From the NCBI GenBank assembly GCA_002840365.1, contig PHAO01000001.1, positions 168,647 to 232,646 of the forward strand: a stretch of DNA of 64,000 bases, given 5' to 3'. A program made the position numbers and the translations under genes. The notes beneath the pieces were generated by a model. The model ran no database searches and was not told the DNA's origin. It saw only the letters and a list, made by a program, of their open reading frames with translations. Positions within the stretch are counted from its first letter, which is position 1, and every line of letters starts with the position of its first letter. The stretch comes from Candidatus Dojkabacteria bacterium HGW-Dojkabacteria-1. Lineage in GTDB: Bacteria > Patescibacteriota > Dojkabacteria > SC72. Below, piece by piece: positions 49,621-60,775 of the stretch.

Positions 49621-51420
49621 ATGTCTAATCAATTTCATCCTAAAGTCAGTATCGTAATCCCAGTTTACAACGGTAGTAACTATGTAAAAGAGGCTATAGA
49701 CAGTGCTCTTTCTCAAACCTATGACAATGTAGAAGTAATCGTAGTAAATGATGGTAGTACAGATGGAGGTAAGACAGATGAGATATGCAAGAGCTATGGA
49801 AAGAAGATACAATATTTTTTAAAAGAGAATGGAGGAGTGGCTAGTGCATTGAATATGGGAATAGAGAAGATGGAAGGAGAATATTTTTCATGGTTGAGTC
49901 ATGATGATGTCTATTATCCAGAGAAAGTAGAAAAACAGATTCAATATTTAAAGAAGTTAGGAAAAAAGAATGTAATTCTATATGCTGATTATGAATTAAT
50001 AGATCCTGATTCTAAATTCATCTCGAAAGTTATTCTTGACCATGAAATGTTAATTGAAAAACCTGAATATGCACTACTAAGAGGTTCTGTTAATGGAATT
50101 ACTTTATTAATACCTAAAGCAGCTTTTGATAAGCATGGAGAGTTCGATTTAGAACTTAAATGTACTCAAGATTATGATATGTGGAAGAGGTTCCTCAATG
50201 ATTATGAATTTGTTCATATGAAAGAAATATTCACTAAGACAAGAATACATCCGCTACAAGATTCAAACAAGCACCCCAATGTTACAACAGAGGGAAATCC
50301 TTTGTGGATAGAGATGATGGAGAGTATACCTAAAGAAAGAAAAGAAGAATTAGAGGGGAGTGAGTATAATTTTTATAGAGAGATGAAGAATTTTTTAATT
50401 GAGGGTTCTCCTTACGAAGAGGCAGCACTTTTTGCAGAGAAGAAATTGGAAAAGATTCTAAAAAATGCAAGAGATTCTCTCTCAGGAGAAAAGATTACTA
50501 TAATTATTCCGTTCTACAATAGAGTCTCTGCATTATTGAAGACAATAGACTCAGTTAAAAAACAATCTTATCAAAATCTAGAGGTATTGTTAATAAACGA
50601 TGGTTCAAAGGAAGATCTTTTGGCTGTTAAGAAGTCTGTAAAAGACGATAAAAGATTTAAGATATTAAGCTTAGAAAAAAATTCTGGTCCAGCAAAGGCA
50701 CGTAATTTAGGGATAGAAAAAGCATCTGGAGAATATTTGGCATTTCTTGATTCAGATGATGAATTTTTACCAGAGAAGATTAAGGAGCAGTATGTGCAAA
50801 TGGTTCTGACTGGTTGTGATGTAAGTCACACTTCGTATATTAGGAGAAATGGTAGAAGGGATGAGGTAAAGAATGTTGGGACTTTAAATGGGTTTGTAAT
50901 ACCCAAAATTATATCCAGCTGTCCAATAGCAACTCCTACTGTAATGATTAGAGTGGACTTTTTAAAAATTAACAAGTTTAGGTTTAGGGAAGATTTTAGG
51001 ATAGGTGAAGACACATGTTTCTGGTTAAATATCTTAAGAGAAACTAAACTTCTAGGAATTGAAAATCCATTGACTATTGTGAATGTTAATGAAAATAGTG
51101 CTGCGAATGATTCAAAGAAGCATTTACAAGGATTAACCAATATTCTAGGATATTTGTTAACAGATAAGGATTTCTCTCAATATCATGCTTACATATCAAA
51201 ACTTGCTGAGGCTTATATAGAAATAAGTAAAACTGTTTTATCCGGTGAGGAATCTGCATATATAAGGTCTGAGCGTCTTGCTTCCATGAATAAATTTAAA
51301 AAGATGATATATCTCTTTAGATACCAAGGTGTTATCTTGACAACTAAAAAGGTTTTAAGAAAATATGTCCCTAAGTTAGTAAATAAGATAAGGAATATAA
51401 TTGGTGGAAGCAAAGAATAA
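49621..51420 (+). CDS. tandem GT2-GT2 glycosyltransferase
   Basis: Two IPxYN...DD modules. Confidence 0.9.
   Translation: MSNQFHPKVSIVIPVYNGSNYVKEAIDSALSQTYDNVEVIVVNDGSTDGGKTDEICKSYGKKIQYFLKENGGVASALNMGIEKMEGEYFSWLSHDDVYYPEKVEKQIQYLKKLGKKNVILYADYELIDPDSKFISKVILDHEMLIEKPEYALLRGSVNGITLLIPKAAFDKHGEFDLELKCTQDYDMWKRFLNDYEFVHMKEIFTKTRIHPLQDSNKHPNVTTEGNPLWIEMMESIPKERKEELEGSEYNFYREMKNFLIEGSPYEEAALFAEKKLEKILKNARDSLSGEKITIIIPFYNRVSALLKTIDSVKKQSYQNLEVLLINDGSKEDLLAVKKSVKDDKRFKILSLEKNSGPAKARNLGIEKASGEYLAFLDSDDEFLPEKIKEQYVQMVLTGCDVSHTSYIRRNGRRDEVKNVGTLNGFVIPKIISSCPIATPTVMIRVDFLKINKFRFREDFRIGEDTCFWLNILRETKLLGIENPLTIVNVNENSAANDSKKHLQGLTNILGYLLTDKDFSQYHAYISKLAEAYIEISKTVLSGEESAYIRSERLASMNKFKKMIYLFRYQGVILTTKKVLRKYVPKLVNKIRNIIGGSKE
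49636..49938 (+). repeat. near-identical GT2 N-terminal DNA, copy 2
   Basis: See 47296-47598. Confidence 0.85.
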
Positions 51421-52486
51421 TAGTAAAAACGAAATGATTCAGAAGTTGAGATTAATTGAACCTCTAGATGTTCCTAGGGAAAAGGAAGCAGTATTTCTTT
51501 TATTATCAAGTGATGCAAACTATGAAGCTCATTTATGGGTAAATATTGCTTCTTTAATTGAAAATGCAAAATCGGATAACAACTATTACATATATATCCT
51601 TGATGGAGGTATTCGTTATAAAGAAAATTTTTATGATTTAGTTAAAAAAGATAATCGCTTTCATATTGAATTTATAGATATGAGAGATCAATTTGTATTT
51701 GTATATGAGTCTAGGCATATAAGTAGGGCAGGATATTACCGTTTAGCAATATTTAGACTATTTAGGAATTTCCCAAAGATAATATATATAGATGCTGATT
51801 CTTATATATTAGGTGATGTTGCAGAGCTATATAACTTACCAATGGGAGAAAAATTAATAGCAGGTGCTCCTGATTCAATTACTTATGAAATTCCTTGGAG
51901 AGAGAAATATATTAGCTATCCTCACTATTCTGGTAAGGCAAAAGATTACTTTATAGAGTACCTTAAGCTCTCTAAGGAAAAGTTTAACAGTTATTTTAGC
52001 TCTGGTGTTCTAATGTTCAATTTAGAGAAAATAGATAAAAATGAAAAAAACAAATCATTAGAGAAATTGTTAAATAGAGAATTTTACTGCCTTGATCAAG
52101 ATGTTATGAATCTCCTTTTTTCTGCAGAAGAAACATACAAACTACCAAGAGAATGGAACTATTTTAATAGTGCACCTGTTTTAAAGGAAGAGGATTTCTT
52201 CGTTAAAGAGGAAAGGGATAACTACTTACATGGTAAAATTTCTCCAAAAATTATTTCATATGTTCTTAAACCTTGGGAGAAAGAGCATATTAATGCTCCA
52301 TATGCAGATGTATATTGGGAAAAAATAGAGAAATCACCTTATTATGAAGAAATACTAGAAATTTCAAAAAAGAATAATAAATTAGAAAGGTTTAAGAAAT
52401 TATCTCTACCTCAAAAAATAAAATTCCTTACTAGCAGAGAAGCTTTTGTAAAGTATAGAAGTATGGTAAGAAGTCTGTTAAAATGA
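51401..52486 (+). CDS. GT8 glycosyltransferase
   Basis: YYRL, YIDAD, YFSSGV, DQDVMN, KPW. Confidence 0.88.
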   Translation: MVEAKNNSKNEMIQKLRLIEPLDVPREKEAVFLLLSSDANYEAHLWVNIASLIENAKSDNNYYIYILDGGIRYKENFYDLVKKDNRFHIEFIDMRDQFVFVYESRHISRAGYYRLAIFRLFRNFPKIIYIDADSYILGDVAELYNLPMGEKLIAGAPDSITYEIPWREKYISYPHYSGKAKDYFIEYLKLSKEKFNSYFSSGVLMFNLEKIDKNEKNKSLEKLLNREFYCLDQDVMNLLFSAEETYKLPREWNYFNSAPVLKEEDFFVKEERDNYLHGKISPKIISYVLKPWEKEHINAPYADVYWEKIEKSPYYEEILEISKKNNKLERFKKLSLPQKIKFLTSREAFVKYRSMVRSLLK

Positions 52487-52522
52487 TTCGTCCTAGAAGA
52501 GCATAATATATGATAAGATGAT

Positions 52523-53293
52523 TTGAACATGTCGAACTATTTAGAATTACTCAAAGAATTTATTAAAACAGACTTCCAGCTTAGGTATAAAAACTCCTAT
52601 CTTGGTCTTATATGGATTGTATTGAAACCTCTTGCTCTTTTTGGTGTTATATACACAGTCTTTTCAAATATTATGTCTATGGATGATGACTATATGATGA
52701 GTCTTCTGTTGGGTATTATGTTTATCACTTTCTTTAGTGAAGGAGTTATGATGGGCTTGGGTTCCCTTATGGCAAAGTCTGGAATTATATTAAAGATAAA
52801 ATTTCCAAGAGAGATAGTAGTATTTAGTTCTGTTACAATTGCATTCATAGATTTCTTATTCAATATGATTGTATTTGCAATCTTTACAATCTTTACTCCA
52901 GTAGTAATAACATTACCAAGCATACTTTTATTTATAGCTGCTATCTTTTCTCTTTACTTTTTGATTATGGGTGCAGCTCTATTTCTTAGTGTAATTTTTA
53001 TTAAGCTACGTGATATCCATAATTTAATGCAAGTTGTTCTACAGCTTTTCTTTTGGGCTACACCAATTTACTATAAATTAGAAATGCTTCCAGAGAGATT
53101 ACAAAATATTATTTTATTAAATCCTCTCACAAGAATCCTAATTGCTGTAAGGCATGGTTTGATAACTGGTGGTGATGTTGGAGTCGAAGATTTCCTCAAA
53201 TTAGCTCCGATTTCACTTTTCTGTTTAATATTTTTATTGTTTGGAATTCTTTTCTTTAGAAATAGAGTTACTAAGATAGCTGAATACTTCTAA
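52523..53293 (+). CDS. wzm: polysaccharide ABC transporter permease
   Basis: DFQLRYKNSYLGLIW..PL, RD, TPIYY, NPL. Confidence 0.9.
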   Translation: MNMSNYLELLKEFIKTDFQLRYKNSYLGLIWIVLKPLALFGVIYTVFSNIMSMDDDYMMSLLLGIMFITFFSEGVMMGLGSLMAKSGIILKIKFPREIVVFSSVTIAFIDFLFNMIVFAIFTIFTPVVITLPSILLFIAAIFSLYFLIMGAALFLSVIFIKLRDIHNLMQVVLQLFFWATPIYYKLEMLPERLQNIILLNPLTRILIAVRHGLITGGDVGVEDFLKLAPISLFCLIFLLFGILFFRNRVTKIAEYF

Positions 53294-53294
53294 T

Positions 53295-54032
53295 ATGGAA
53301 CAAAAACCAATAATACAAGTTAGAAATTTGAAAAAATCATTCTTTTTACCACATCAAAGGCACGATTCATTGGTTGAATTCCTTTCAAACCCTTTAAGAA
53401 TATTTAAACCTGGAGGTGAGCAATTCACTGTTCTTAAAGATATTGATTTAGATATTCATCAGGGAGAATTTGTTGGAATAATGGGTAGAAATGGATCTGG
53501 TAAATCTACATTGCTTAAGATTATGGCAGGAATATATACACCTACGAGTGGCTCTGTGAAAGTAACAGGTAAAATGGTTCCTTTCCTAGAACTCGGTGTT
53601 GGTTTTAATCCTGAGTTAACAGGTAGAGAGAATATATATCTTAATGGAATTATTCTTGGTATGCCTAAAGATTTCCTAAAGAAGAAGTATGAAGAGATTG
53701 TAGAATTTTCTGAATTAGAGAAATTTATGGATATGCCTTTAAAGAACTACTCTTCAGGTATGCAAGTAAGGTTAGCATTCTCTATTGCTATCATGGCTGA
53801 TGCTGATATTTATATATTAGATGAGGTATTAGCTGTTGGTGATTTAGCATTCCAAAAGAAGTGTTTTGATGTTTTTAGGAACTATAAAGAGCAGAAGAAA
53901 ACTGTTGTATTAGTTACACATGCCCCTGGATCAGTTAGAGATTTTTGTGATAGGGCAGTATTTCTAAAGGATGGTGTGTTGCAGATAAATGGGTCTGTAG
54001 AGGAAGTTATAAAGGCTTATGAACAAGGGTAA
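53295..54032 (+). CDS. wzt: polysaccharide ABC transporter ATPase
   Basis: GRNGSGKST, YSSGMQVRLAF, LDEVLAVGD. Confidence 0.92.
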   Translation: MEQKPIIQVRNLKKSFFLPHQRHDSLVEFLSNPLRIFKPGGEQFTVLKDIDLDIHQGEFVGIMGRNGSGKSTLLKIMAGIYTPTSGSVKVTGKMVPFLELGVGFNPELTGRENIYLNGIILGMPKDFLKKKYEEIVEFSELEKFMDMPLKNYSSGMQVRLAFSIAIMADADIYILDEVLAVGDLAFQKKCFDVFRNYKEQKKTVVLVTHAPGSVRDFCDRAVFLKDGVLQINGSVEEVIKAYEQG

Positions 54033-54036
54033 TACT

Positions 54037-56019
54037 TTACTCTCTTTGGATGCTTAATAATTTCAGATTTCCATTCTTATCTTTTGTTACTTGATAAAGA
54101 GAATCATCCCTGATCTCATCAAAAAATTGTCCATAAAGATTTATGAAATTTTCATCATGTTCGAAGATATATACTAATTCATAGTTTTCCAATACGTACT
54201 TTTCCCAATCTTCTGGACTAATAATTTTGGTCCAAGGGTACTCGGGGTAATAATGTTGAGTTGACACAGAATAGTCCGTAATCCATTCCATTTCTGTTGG
54301 TATAAGATTATAAATTGTCACTAATTTTACGAATCCCTTGTCTGCCTGTGCAATAATATAAAGTTCTCCTTCTTTTTCCTCCGGTATATATTTTGTCCAA
54401 CTGATTATTCCGCCGTAGTCTTCGCGCGTAGCAATTGATGAATGTACTGATTCTCTTGCGTTCAAAAAATGCGTATTTATACTCCCTCTTGTATTAAATA
54501 TCAAAAGGAAATAAAGAGAGAAGGTTAGAAAATATTTAATAATGGTCGAGGATTCCTTTAAAAATGGGGAGAATCGATTTTGATCTAATTCGTCTTTCGG
54601 TTCAAGAATAATGAATATTGAGTATGCAAAAAAGATCCCTACAAAATAGGACATTATATATCTTCCAAAACTCGCCAAGGTAAGAGCTTCGTATTCTGTG
54701 AAGATAAACAAATAAGTTATGAGGATAACGAAAACAACAGACAGACTTCCAAGGGTCAAAACTATAAAATTGACAATTATTCTTTTAATATTAAGATCCT
54801 TTTTTGTGTACAACAATGAGAGAGCAATTGAAACAATAATTGTTCCGATGAATAAATGTATATAGGAGAAATAAAAAGAGAAAATAGGCTTGTTTATAAG
54901 CGCATCTTGGACTGTATTAATAATATTTAATTGAGACGATTGTAAATTCCCATTTATCATCTGAACAATATTTTCAGAGACGAGTTGTAGACCCTTTGTT
55001 ACAACAGTTTCTCCTGCATCTGTATTTGTAAAACGAATATTTAATTTCCAAAAGAGTGTAATGAGAAAAGTCACAAGAACGGGTGAAAATAAGAGTAGCA
55101 AGAGCTTAGATTTCTGAAGAGAAGATTTTCTCCCAGCGAAGAAGATCCTAAGATAATCTTTCTTAAAAAGTAAGAAATCTACGGAGAAAAGAGAAATTAG
55201 AACTACAGAGTATACAAAGCCCATGTCTTTAACTAAGGTTAAAACAGAAATTGTTGCTAAAACTATTATTACTCCGAAAAGAGAATTTTCATATTTGTAA
55301 TAGTGATAATATATAAATGCTGCACCAAAGAGCAACCCAATTATACAATCGACATATAAAGAGCTATAGAAATTACCTTCCATTAAAAGAGGAATTAATA
55401 TTGCTGTGAATAGGAACAAGATATTTCGAAAGTTATATTTTTTAATAAAAGAGCATATTATTGAGAAGTACAAAATATTTGAAGCAAGATATGCAGGATA
55501 TTCTGTATACTGTGCAAACGGTCTCATCCAAAAATATTGAAATAGGGATGACCCTTCAAGATATGTTTGGACTACATGCCCACTTGTTTCCTTGAATGTA
55601 CCTAATGCATCTAAGTTATACATATTTTTTAAGATAGAGCCCCAATGGCTAAACTCATCCCAACTTATAAACATTCTTCTGTAATTAAGAAAAAGTGAAA
55701 GACTGAAAAAGAGAGCTAATATTATGAGACCTTGTATTAGCCAGATGTCTTTGATAATTGCTCTATTTCTTAGATATTTTTTAATAGAATAAATTAAGGA
55801 GAAAAGAGAGAATGAAAGGAGAATCGAGTACCCTAATATTAATGAACCTTTGAAATTTAACAAACCTGTTAAAAATAATACTACTATTACTGTTGCAGTT
55901 GAAAGAAAATATGTTTCTGTAATTCTTTTCTTAAATAGTATCGCGTAAAAGAGAGCTATTAATACAAAAGATAGGCCTGGAATAATTAATGGAACTAGAG
56001 TATATATATAATTACTCAT
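54037..56019 (-). CDS. large polytopic membrane protein (possible GT-C)
   Basis: Many TMs; SWDEFSHWG motif in the first loop. Confidence 0.65.
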   Translation of the reverse strand: MSNYIYTLVPLIIPGLSFVLIALFYAILFKKRITETYFLSTATVIVVLFLTGLLNFKGSLILGYSILLSFSLFSLIYSIKKYLRNRAIIKDIWLIQGLIILALFFSLSLFLNYRRMFISWDEFSHWGSILKNMYNLDALGTFKETSGHVVQTYLEGSSLFQYFWMRPFAQYTEYPAYLASNILYFSIICSFIKKYNFRNILFLFTAILIPLLMEGNFYSSLYVDCIIGLLFGAAFIYYHYYKYENSLFGVIIVLATISVLTLVKDMGFVYSVVLISLFSVDFLLFKKDYLRIFFAGRKSSLQKSKLLLLLFSPVLVTFLITLFWKLNIRFTNTDAGETVVTKGLQLVSENIVQMINGNLQSSQLNIINTVQDALINKPIFSFYFSYIHLFIGTIIVSIALSLLYTKKDLNIKRIIVNFIVLTLGSLSVVFVILITYLFIFTEYEALTLASFGRYIMSYFVGIFFAYSIFIILEPKDELDQNRFSPFLKESSTIIKYFLTFSLYFLLIFNTRGSINTHFLNARESVHSSIATREDYGGIISWTKYIPEEKEGELYIIAQADKGFVKLVTIYNLIPTEMEWITDYSVSTQHYYPEYPWTKIISPEDWEKYVLENYELVYIFEHDENFINLYGQFFDEIRDDSLYQVTKDKNGNLKLLSIQRE

Positions 56020-56728
56020 TAACAGTTTTTTTAAATATTAACGTTCTGTATGTTTTTGCTACAATCGTGTATTGTTTCTTTTTTAAGAAAAGATATATAG
56101 GATTTTTGATTATACTCTCTATATCATCTCCAATACTTTCTACAAGTATATAGCTCGGAAGATATTTCCCCCAATCATTAGATTTTAAAACCATTAAATC
56201 CAAACCTTCTACATCTATACTCATGAAATCAATTTTTTGATTCTCAGGTAAGTATTCATCTAATATCTTTGATAGAGGGGATGTTTTTATCTTCCTCTCT
56301 TCCAATATCTCAAAATTAGAATTTTCATCTCTCTCTTTTGACAAATCCTTCGAAAAACCATTTAAAGCAAAATCATCAAACATGTAGTATGTCATTTCTC
56401 CTTCCTTTCCTGATACTCCCACTTCTAGATTAATATCCCTAGGTCTTTTTCGATTGAAAGCTTTCATAGAATCAGGCATTGCGTCGAGATTGAGACCTCT
56501 CCAACCTCTTTTGTAAAACATATATGTATTAGAAAATCTCATTGGATGATGTGCACCTATATCTACATAAAAACCATCTGTTTGGGTTGGAAAGAATTCA
56601 CTAAGAATAATGTCCTCACCTTCTTGTGAATATATCTTTGTTGCAAAGCCGCCTATAAATTCCTTCTTAAGCATATATAGCTTAAGAGCGAGTTTTTTCC
56701 CCAGGATCTTTTTTATTAATTCTTTCAT
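56012..56728 (-). CDS. FkbM-family methyltransferase
   Basis: YSQEGED, YVDIGAHHP, SIDVEG. Confidence 0.88.
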   Translation of the reverse strand: MKELIKKILGKKLALKLYMLKKEFIGGFATKIYSQEGEDIILSEFFPTQTDGFYVDIGAHHPMRFSNTYMFYKRGWRGLNLDAMPDSMKAFNRKRPRDINLEVGVSGKEGEMTYYMFDDFALNGFSKDLSKERDENSNFEILEERKIKTSPLSKILDEYLPENQKIDFMSIDVEGLDLMVLKSNDWGKYLPSYILVESIGDDIESIIKNPIYLFLKKKQYTIVAKTYRTLIFKKTVNE

Positions 56729-57849
56729 TTATTTAAATCTTTATATATAGCAATAATCTTTTTAGCAGCTATTTGCCAACTAAACAACTTTAACCGATCT
56801 TTTCCATTCGTAATCATCTCTTTTTTTAAATTCGCATCTCCTACAACTTTCTTAACTGCACTATATATGGATTTTTTACTGTTAGGATTAAAATATTCTA
56901 CTGCATTACCACCTACCTCGGGTAAAGAACTAATATTACTAATGATAGCAGGACAATTACAAGCAAAAGACTCTAATACGGGTATACCAAAACCTTCATA
57001 AAGAGAAGGGAATACAAAACATATAGCTTTACTGTATATATATGCAAGTTCATTATCATCCTTAAACCTAATATGCTTAACTTTATTTGTAACTCCTAAC
57101 CCATTAAACATCTCTATCTCTTTTTCACTAAACTTACTACTACCAGCACATAATAGAGATAGGTCTTTATTTTCTTTCAGGAGTTTTGCTATAGATTTGA
57201 AGAAAAGTTCAAAATTCTTATATGTATTCCTATTCCCTACAAAAAGAATATACCTCTTAGGTAAGTCAATATTTAAATCTGTGTTAGAAATTTTTAAAGA
57301 GGTTGCCCAATATACAACGTCTATCTTTTTCTCATTTATATCGTAAAATTTAACAATATCTTTCTTTGTATTCTCAGATATTGCAATTATTCTTTCAGCC
57401 CTATGAACCAATTTCTCCTTCCATTCAATAGTCTTATCTCTACTAGATACCGTCTCTGGAAATATCTCATGAGTCATGTCATGTATAACTAGTACAAAAG
57501 ATTTCTTCTTTAGGAATGGTAGGAAATATGGATCATAGTAAGTAGGTTGGAATATTTCAAAATCTCCCTTAAGAAGAAAAAAGGTTGAATATATTCTGTT
57601 AACTACATAATAGAAGAGTTTCTTTGCAAACGATTTGTTGTAAGGAAATATAGACCATACCTTCTTTATCTCCCCAATATATTCGTTATCGGAGAGTAAA
57701 ATTGGGAGTATAGGTTCCACATTAGGATCTCTTTCGAACTGCTTATATAACTCTGTAAATACTCTAGATATTCCACCATAGTTTTGCATTGTAAATATTT
57801 GGTGGTCGATAAAGACTCGTAGTTTCTTTTGCATACGCAGATAATACAA
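56725..57849 (-). CDS. GT4 glycosyltransferase
   Basis: YGGISR, PSLYEGFGIPVLES. Confidence 0.9.
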   Translation of the reverse strand: MYYLRMQKKLRVFIDHQIFTMQNYGGISRVFTELYKQFERDPNVEPILPILLSDNEYIGEIKKVWSIFPYNKSFAKKLFYYVVNRIYSTFFLLKGDFEIFQPTYYDPYFLPFLKKKSFVLVIHDMTHEIFPETVSSRDKTIEWKEKLVHRAERIIAISENTKKDIVKFYDINEKKIDVVYWATSLKISNTDLNIDLPKRYILFVGNRNTYKNFELFFKSIAKLLKENKDLSLLCAGSSKFSEKEIEMFNGLGVTNKVKHIRFKDDNELAYIYSKAICFVFPSLYEGFGIPVLESFACNCPAIISNISSLPEVGGNAVEYFNPNSKKSIYSAVKKVVGDANLKKEMITNGKDRLKLFSWQIAAKKIIAIYKDLNK

Positions 57850-57900
57850 TAGCTAATGAGTATAGTCTATAAGTTTCAAAATACGGTATAATCACAACAT

Positions 57901-58596
57901 ATGAAAACCTACATAATACTCCCTGCCTACTGTGAAGGTAAGGTAATAAAAGAAGTAATAGCTTCAATAAAGAAAGAAGGATATAAAAATATCATTGTTG
58001 TAGATGATGGAAGTAGTGATAATACATATGAAGAAGCTAAAAGTACTGGAGTAATTACAATCAGTCATCCAATAAACAGAGGAAAAGGAGCAGCTACACA
58101 AACAGGAATAGATGCTGCTAAATTACTAAATGCAGATGTCATAGTAACAATGGACTCTGATGGACAACATGATCCTAAAGATATTAAGAAATTAGTAAAG
58201 CCAATCATTGATCAAAAAGCTGATGTAGTAATAGGTAGTAGAATGATAAATAACAAAGATATGCCTCAATCAAGGATACTAATGAACAAGATAGCTAATA
58301 TTGTTACATATATATTCTTTGGAATAATGGTAAGTGATAGTCAATCAGGTTTAAGAGCATATTCTAAGAAAGCATATAACTCTGTATATACATATATGGA
58401 TAGATATGAATTTGAATCAGAGATGTTAGGACAGATTAAAGATGCAAATTTAAGGATAAAGGAAGTACCAATTAAAGTAATATATACAGATTACTCTAAG
58501 AGCAAGTACAAACATATGAGTAAGTTCTCACCACAAGGATTAACGAATGGTATTAAGATGGTAGTAAGATTAATAGAGAATTCTTTAATTAAGTAA
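57901..58596 (+). CDS. GT2 (polyprenol-phosphate glycosyltransferase-like)
   Basis: VDDGS, NRGKG, DSDGQH, DSQSG. Confidence 0.88.
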   Translation: MKTYIILPAYCEGKVIKEVIASIKKEGYKNIIVVDDGSSDNTYEEAKSTGVITISHPINRGKGAATQTGIDAAKLLNADVIVTMDSDGQHDPKDIKKLVKPIIDQKADVVIGSRMINNKDMPQSRILMNKIANIVTYIFFGIMVSDSQSGLRAYSKKAYNSVYTYMDRYEFESEMLGQIKDANLRIKEVPIKVIYTDYSKSKYKHMSKFSPQGLTNGIKMVVRLIENSLIK

Positions 58597-58606
58597 ATAC
58601 ATAAAT

Positions 58607-58945
58607 ATGGTTATACAAATAGTAGTTACATTAGGAGTATTAGTATTAGTAATACCTAGTATATATTCTTCATACAAGAAGAAATCTATGACACCATTTG
58701 GTGCATTCCTTTGGATACTGTTTTGGATAGCAGGTTTAATATTAATATGGTTTCCTCATCTAATAGATGTAATAGGTAGTGGTCTAGGTGTAGGAAGAAG
58801 TATAGATGCTTTTGTATATATTGGTATTGTATATCTTCTTTATGTATCTCTTAATCAAAAGATTAAGTTAAATGAAATAAAGAGAGAAATAACCTTGTTA
58901 AATAGGAAGTTAGCTTTAAGAGATGTAGAAGAAGAAAAGAAGTAA
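58607..58945 (+). CDS. DUF2304 family membrane protein
   Basis: 3 TMs, LGVGR.ID, ITLLNRKLA; typical partner of the preceding GT2. Confidence 0.8.
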   Translation: MVIQIVVTLGVLVLVIPSIYSSYKKKSMTPFGAFLWILFWIAGLILIWFPHLIDVIGSGLGVGRSIDAFVYIGIVYLLYVSLNQKIKLNEIKREITLLNRKLALRDVEEEKK

Positions 58946-58946
58946 C

Positions 58947-59732
58947 CTACTTTTTAATAATTTTCAATACAGGGTCTAAATATTTATAAACAAATATCCT
59001 CTTTAAATTACTCAACCACTGTTTTCTCAGTACCCATTTATTGTCTGTATACCTTTCTGCAACCAATTTTGATTCCCTTAATGTTTTATGTACACTAGAA
59101 CCTGTCTTAGTATCAGATGTAAATCTAAATTCTGCTAAATATTCCCTTATTAAATGTAATTTATACTTACTTGCAAACCTTGCCCATAAATCTTGATCCA
59201 TTGCAAAGTGTAAGCTCTCATCTATATATCCAAATTCTTCATGTAATTTTCTTCTCCAAAAGGTTGCTGGTTGAGGTATTGAATCTTCAATTAGGAGTCT
59301 TTCAAAGGTAAATCTTTTTAATTGATGGTTTTTATACTTGGTTATATATTTCTTTATCTCTTTATCATTCTCATCAATAATTCTGCAATATCCCGTCAAC
59401 CACATACAATCAGGATTCTCTTTAAAATATCTAACTACTTTATCTAATGTACCTTCTGTATATACATCATCTGAATTAAGGAATGCTACTATATCTCCTG
59501 TAGCCATCTTTAATCCTTTATTTATTCCATCTGATTGTCCTTTATCTTTCTCTGATATGTATTTAAGTTTATCTTTATACTTCTTAATTATTTCTAAACT
59601 ATTATCAGTAGATGCTCCATCAGTAATTATATATTCTAATTCAAAGTCTCCTTTTTGATTAAGTACACTTTTGATAGTTCTTTCTAGGTATTTATCGGTA
59701 TTATAGTTTGTTGTTATTATTGAGATTTTCAT
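58947..59732 (-). CDS. GT2 glycosyltransferase
   Basis: DGASTD, DKGQSDGINKG, LNSDD, MDQDLW. Confidence 0.9.
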   Translation of the reverse strand: MKISIITTNYNTDKYLERTIKSVLNQKGDFELEYIITDGASTDNSLEIIKKYKDKLKYISEKDKGQSDGINKGLKMATGDIVAFLNSDDVYTEGTLDKVVRYFKENPDCMWLTGYCRIIDENDKEIKKYITKYKNHQLKRFTFERLLIEDSIPQPATFWRRKLHEEFGYIDESLHFAMDQDLWARFASKYKLHLIREYLAEFRFTSDTKTGSSVHKTLRESKLVAERYTDNKWVLRKQWLSNLKRIFVYKYLDPVLKIIKK

Positions 59733-59736
59733 ATTG

Positions 59737-60690
59737 TTAGCTAATCTTCAAAAACTTTTTAAATTCAAATATAGCCTTGTTGAAGGCCAAACGGACAAAT
59801 TTTGTTGGAGTCATCTCAAATACTCTTTTATACTTATTAACAAGGTACCCATCAAGAAATACATCTTTTGGTAGTGAAAGATTAGTTTTCATGTTAAGTT
59901 TACTGTTTACAAACGACGAACTTATCCCACAATGAATCCCTGTACCATCATGTCCAATATTTTCTACATAGGAGATAGTAGGGTAGATTGTTAGTCTATT
60001 TTTTTTAAAATTGTGATATGACCATTGAATATCCCACGTATCTATACCCTTCTCAACCTGTTTGATTAACATTCCTGACAAATCCTTGCCGCCTTTATTG
60101 AAATTGTACTGTTCGTTTTTATCTTTTCTGAACTTCTCGATATTACTGACATTCCAATCCACATCTTCCCATCTGTCTCGCCATGTTGCCCATCCCCAGG
60201 AGGAAGTCCTTGGTACAAAGAAGATATCATATTCATAAGAATCAGGAATTTGCATAATCTCTCTTGAGTGAGTATATCCTGAGATAGAACCTATCCTTTT
60301 ATCATCTTTGTATTTACTGAGCATAGTAGTCATAAAATTCAAAAATGCGGGTGAAGTGCGAATATCATCCTCAATTACTATTACAGCCGAGTATTTTTTC
60401 AAGGCTTCTGTGATTCCTGAGATAATTGATTTCTCCAATCCAAGATTATTAGTTCTTTGTTTTATTTCTATATTCTTATGATTCTTCCTAAAATCTTTAA
60501 GGAAATTTCTGACCGAGAGAACTTTCTCTTCGTGTCCAGCTTTTGGGCCATCAGAATAGACTATTACTGGATGATTCTTAAACCCTCTGTTTGATGCAAG
60601 TGATTCCAATGTAATTTTGGTATGATCTAATCTCCCATATGTAAAAACTATTATTGCAACATCTTTTAGTTCCACTCGTGTTACTTTCAA
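59737..60690 (-). CDS. GT-A fold glycosyltransferase
   Basis: YSDGPK, NLGL..SII.G, VIEDD, SWGWATW, NIGHDGTG. Confidence 0.85.
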   Translation of the reverse strand: MKVTRVELKDVAIIVFTYGRLDHTKITLESLASNRGFKNHPVIVYSDGPKAGHEEKVLSVRNFLKDFRKNHKNIEIKQRTNNLGLEKSIISGITEALKKYSAVIVIEDDIRTSPAFLNFMTTMLSKYKDDKRIGSISGYTHSREIMQIPDSYEYDIFFVPRTSSWGWATWRDRWEDVDWNVSNIEKFRKDKNEQYNFNKGGKDLSGMLIKQVEKGIDTWDIQWSYHNFKKNRLTIYPTISYVENIGHDGTGIHCGISSSFVNSKLNMKTNLSLPKDVFLDGYLVNKYKRVFEMTPTKFVRLAFNKAIFEFKKFLKIS

Positions 60691-60775
60691 TATTAATACA
60701 CTGAGTTTAATTTATTTATTTAGATTTGTACAATATAATGAGAGTATTCAAATAATCAACAAAAGAGCAATAAAA

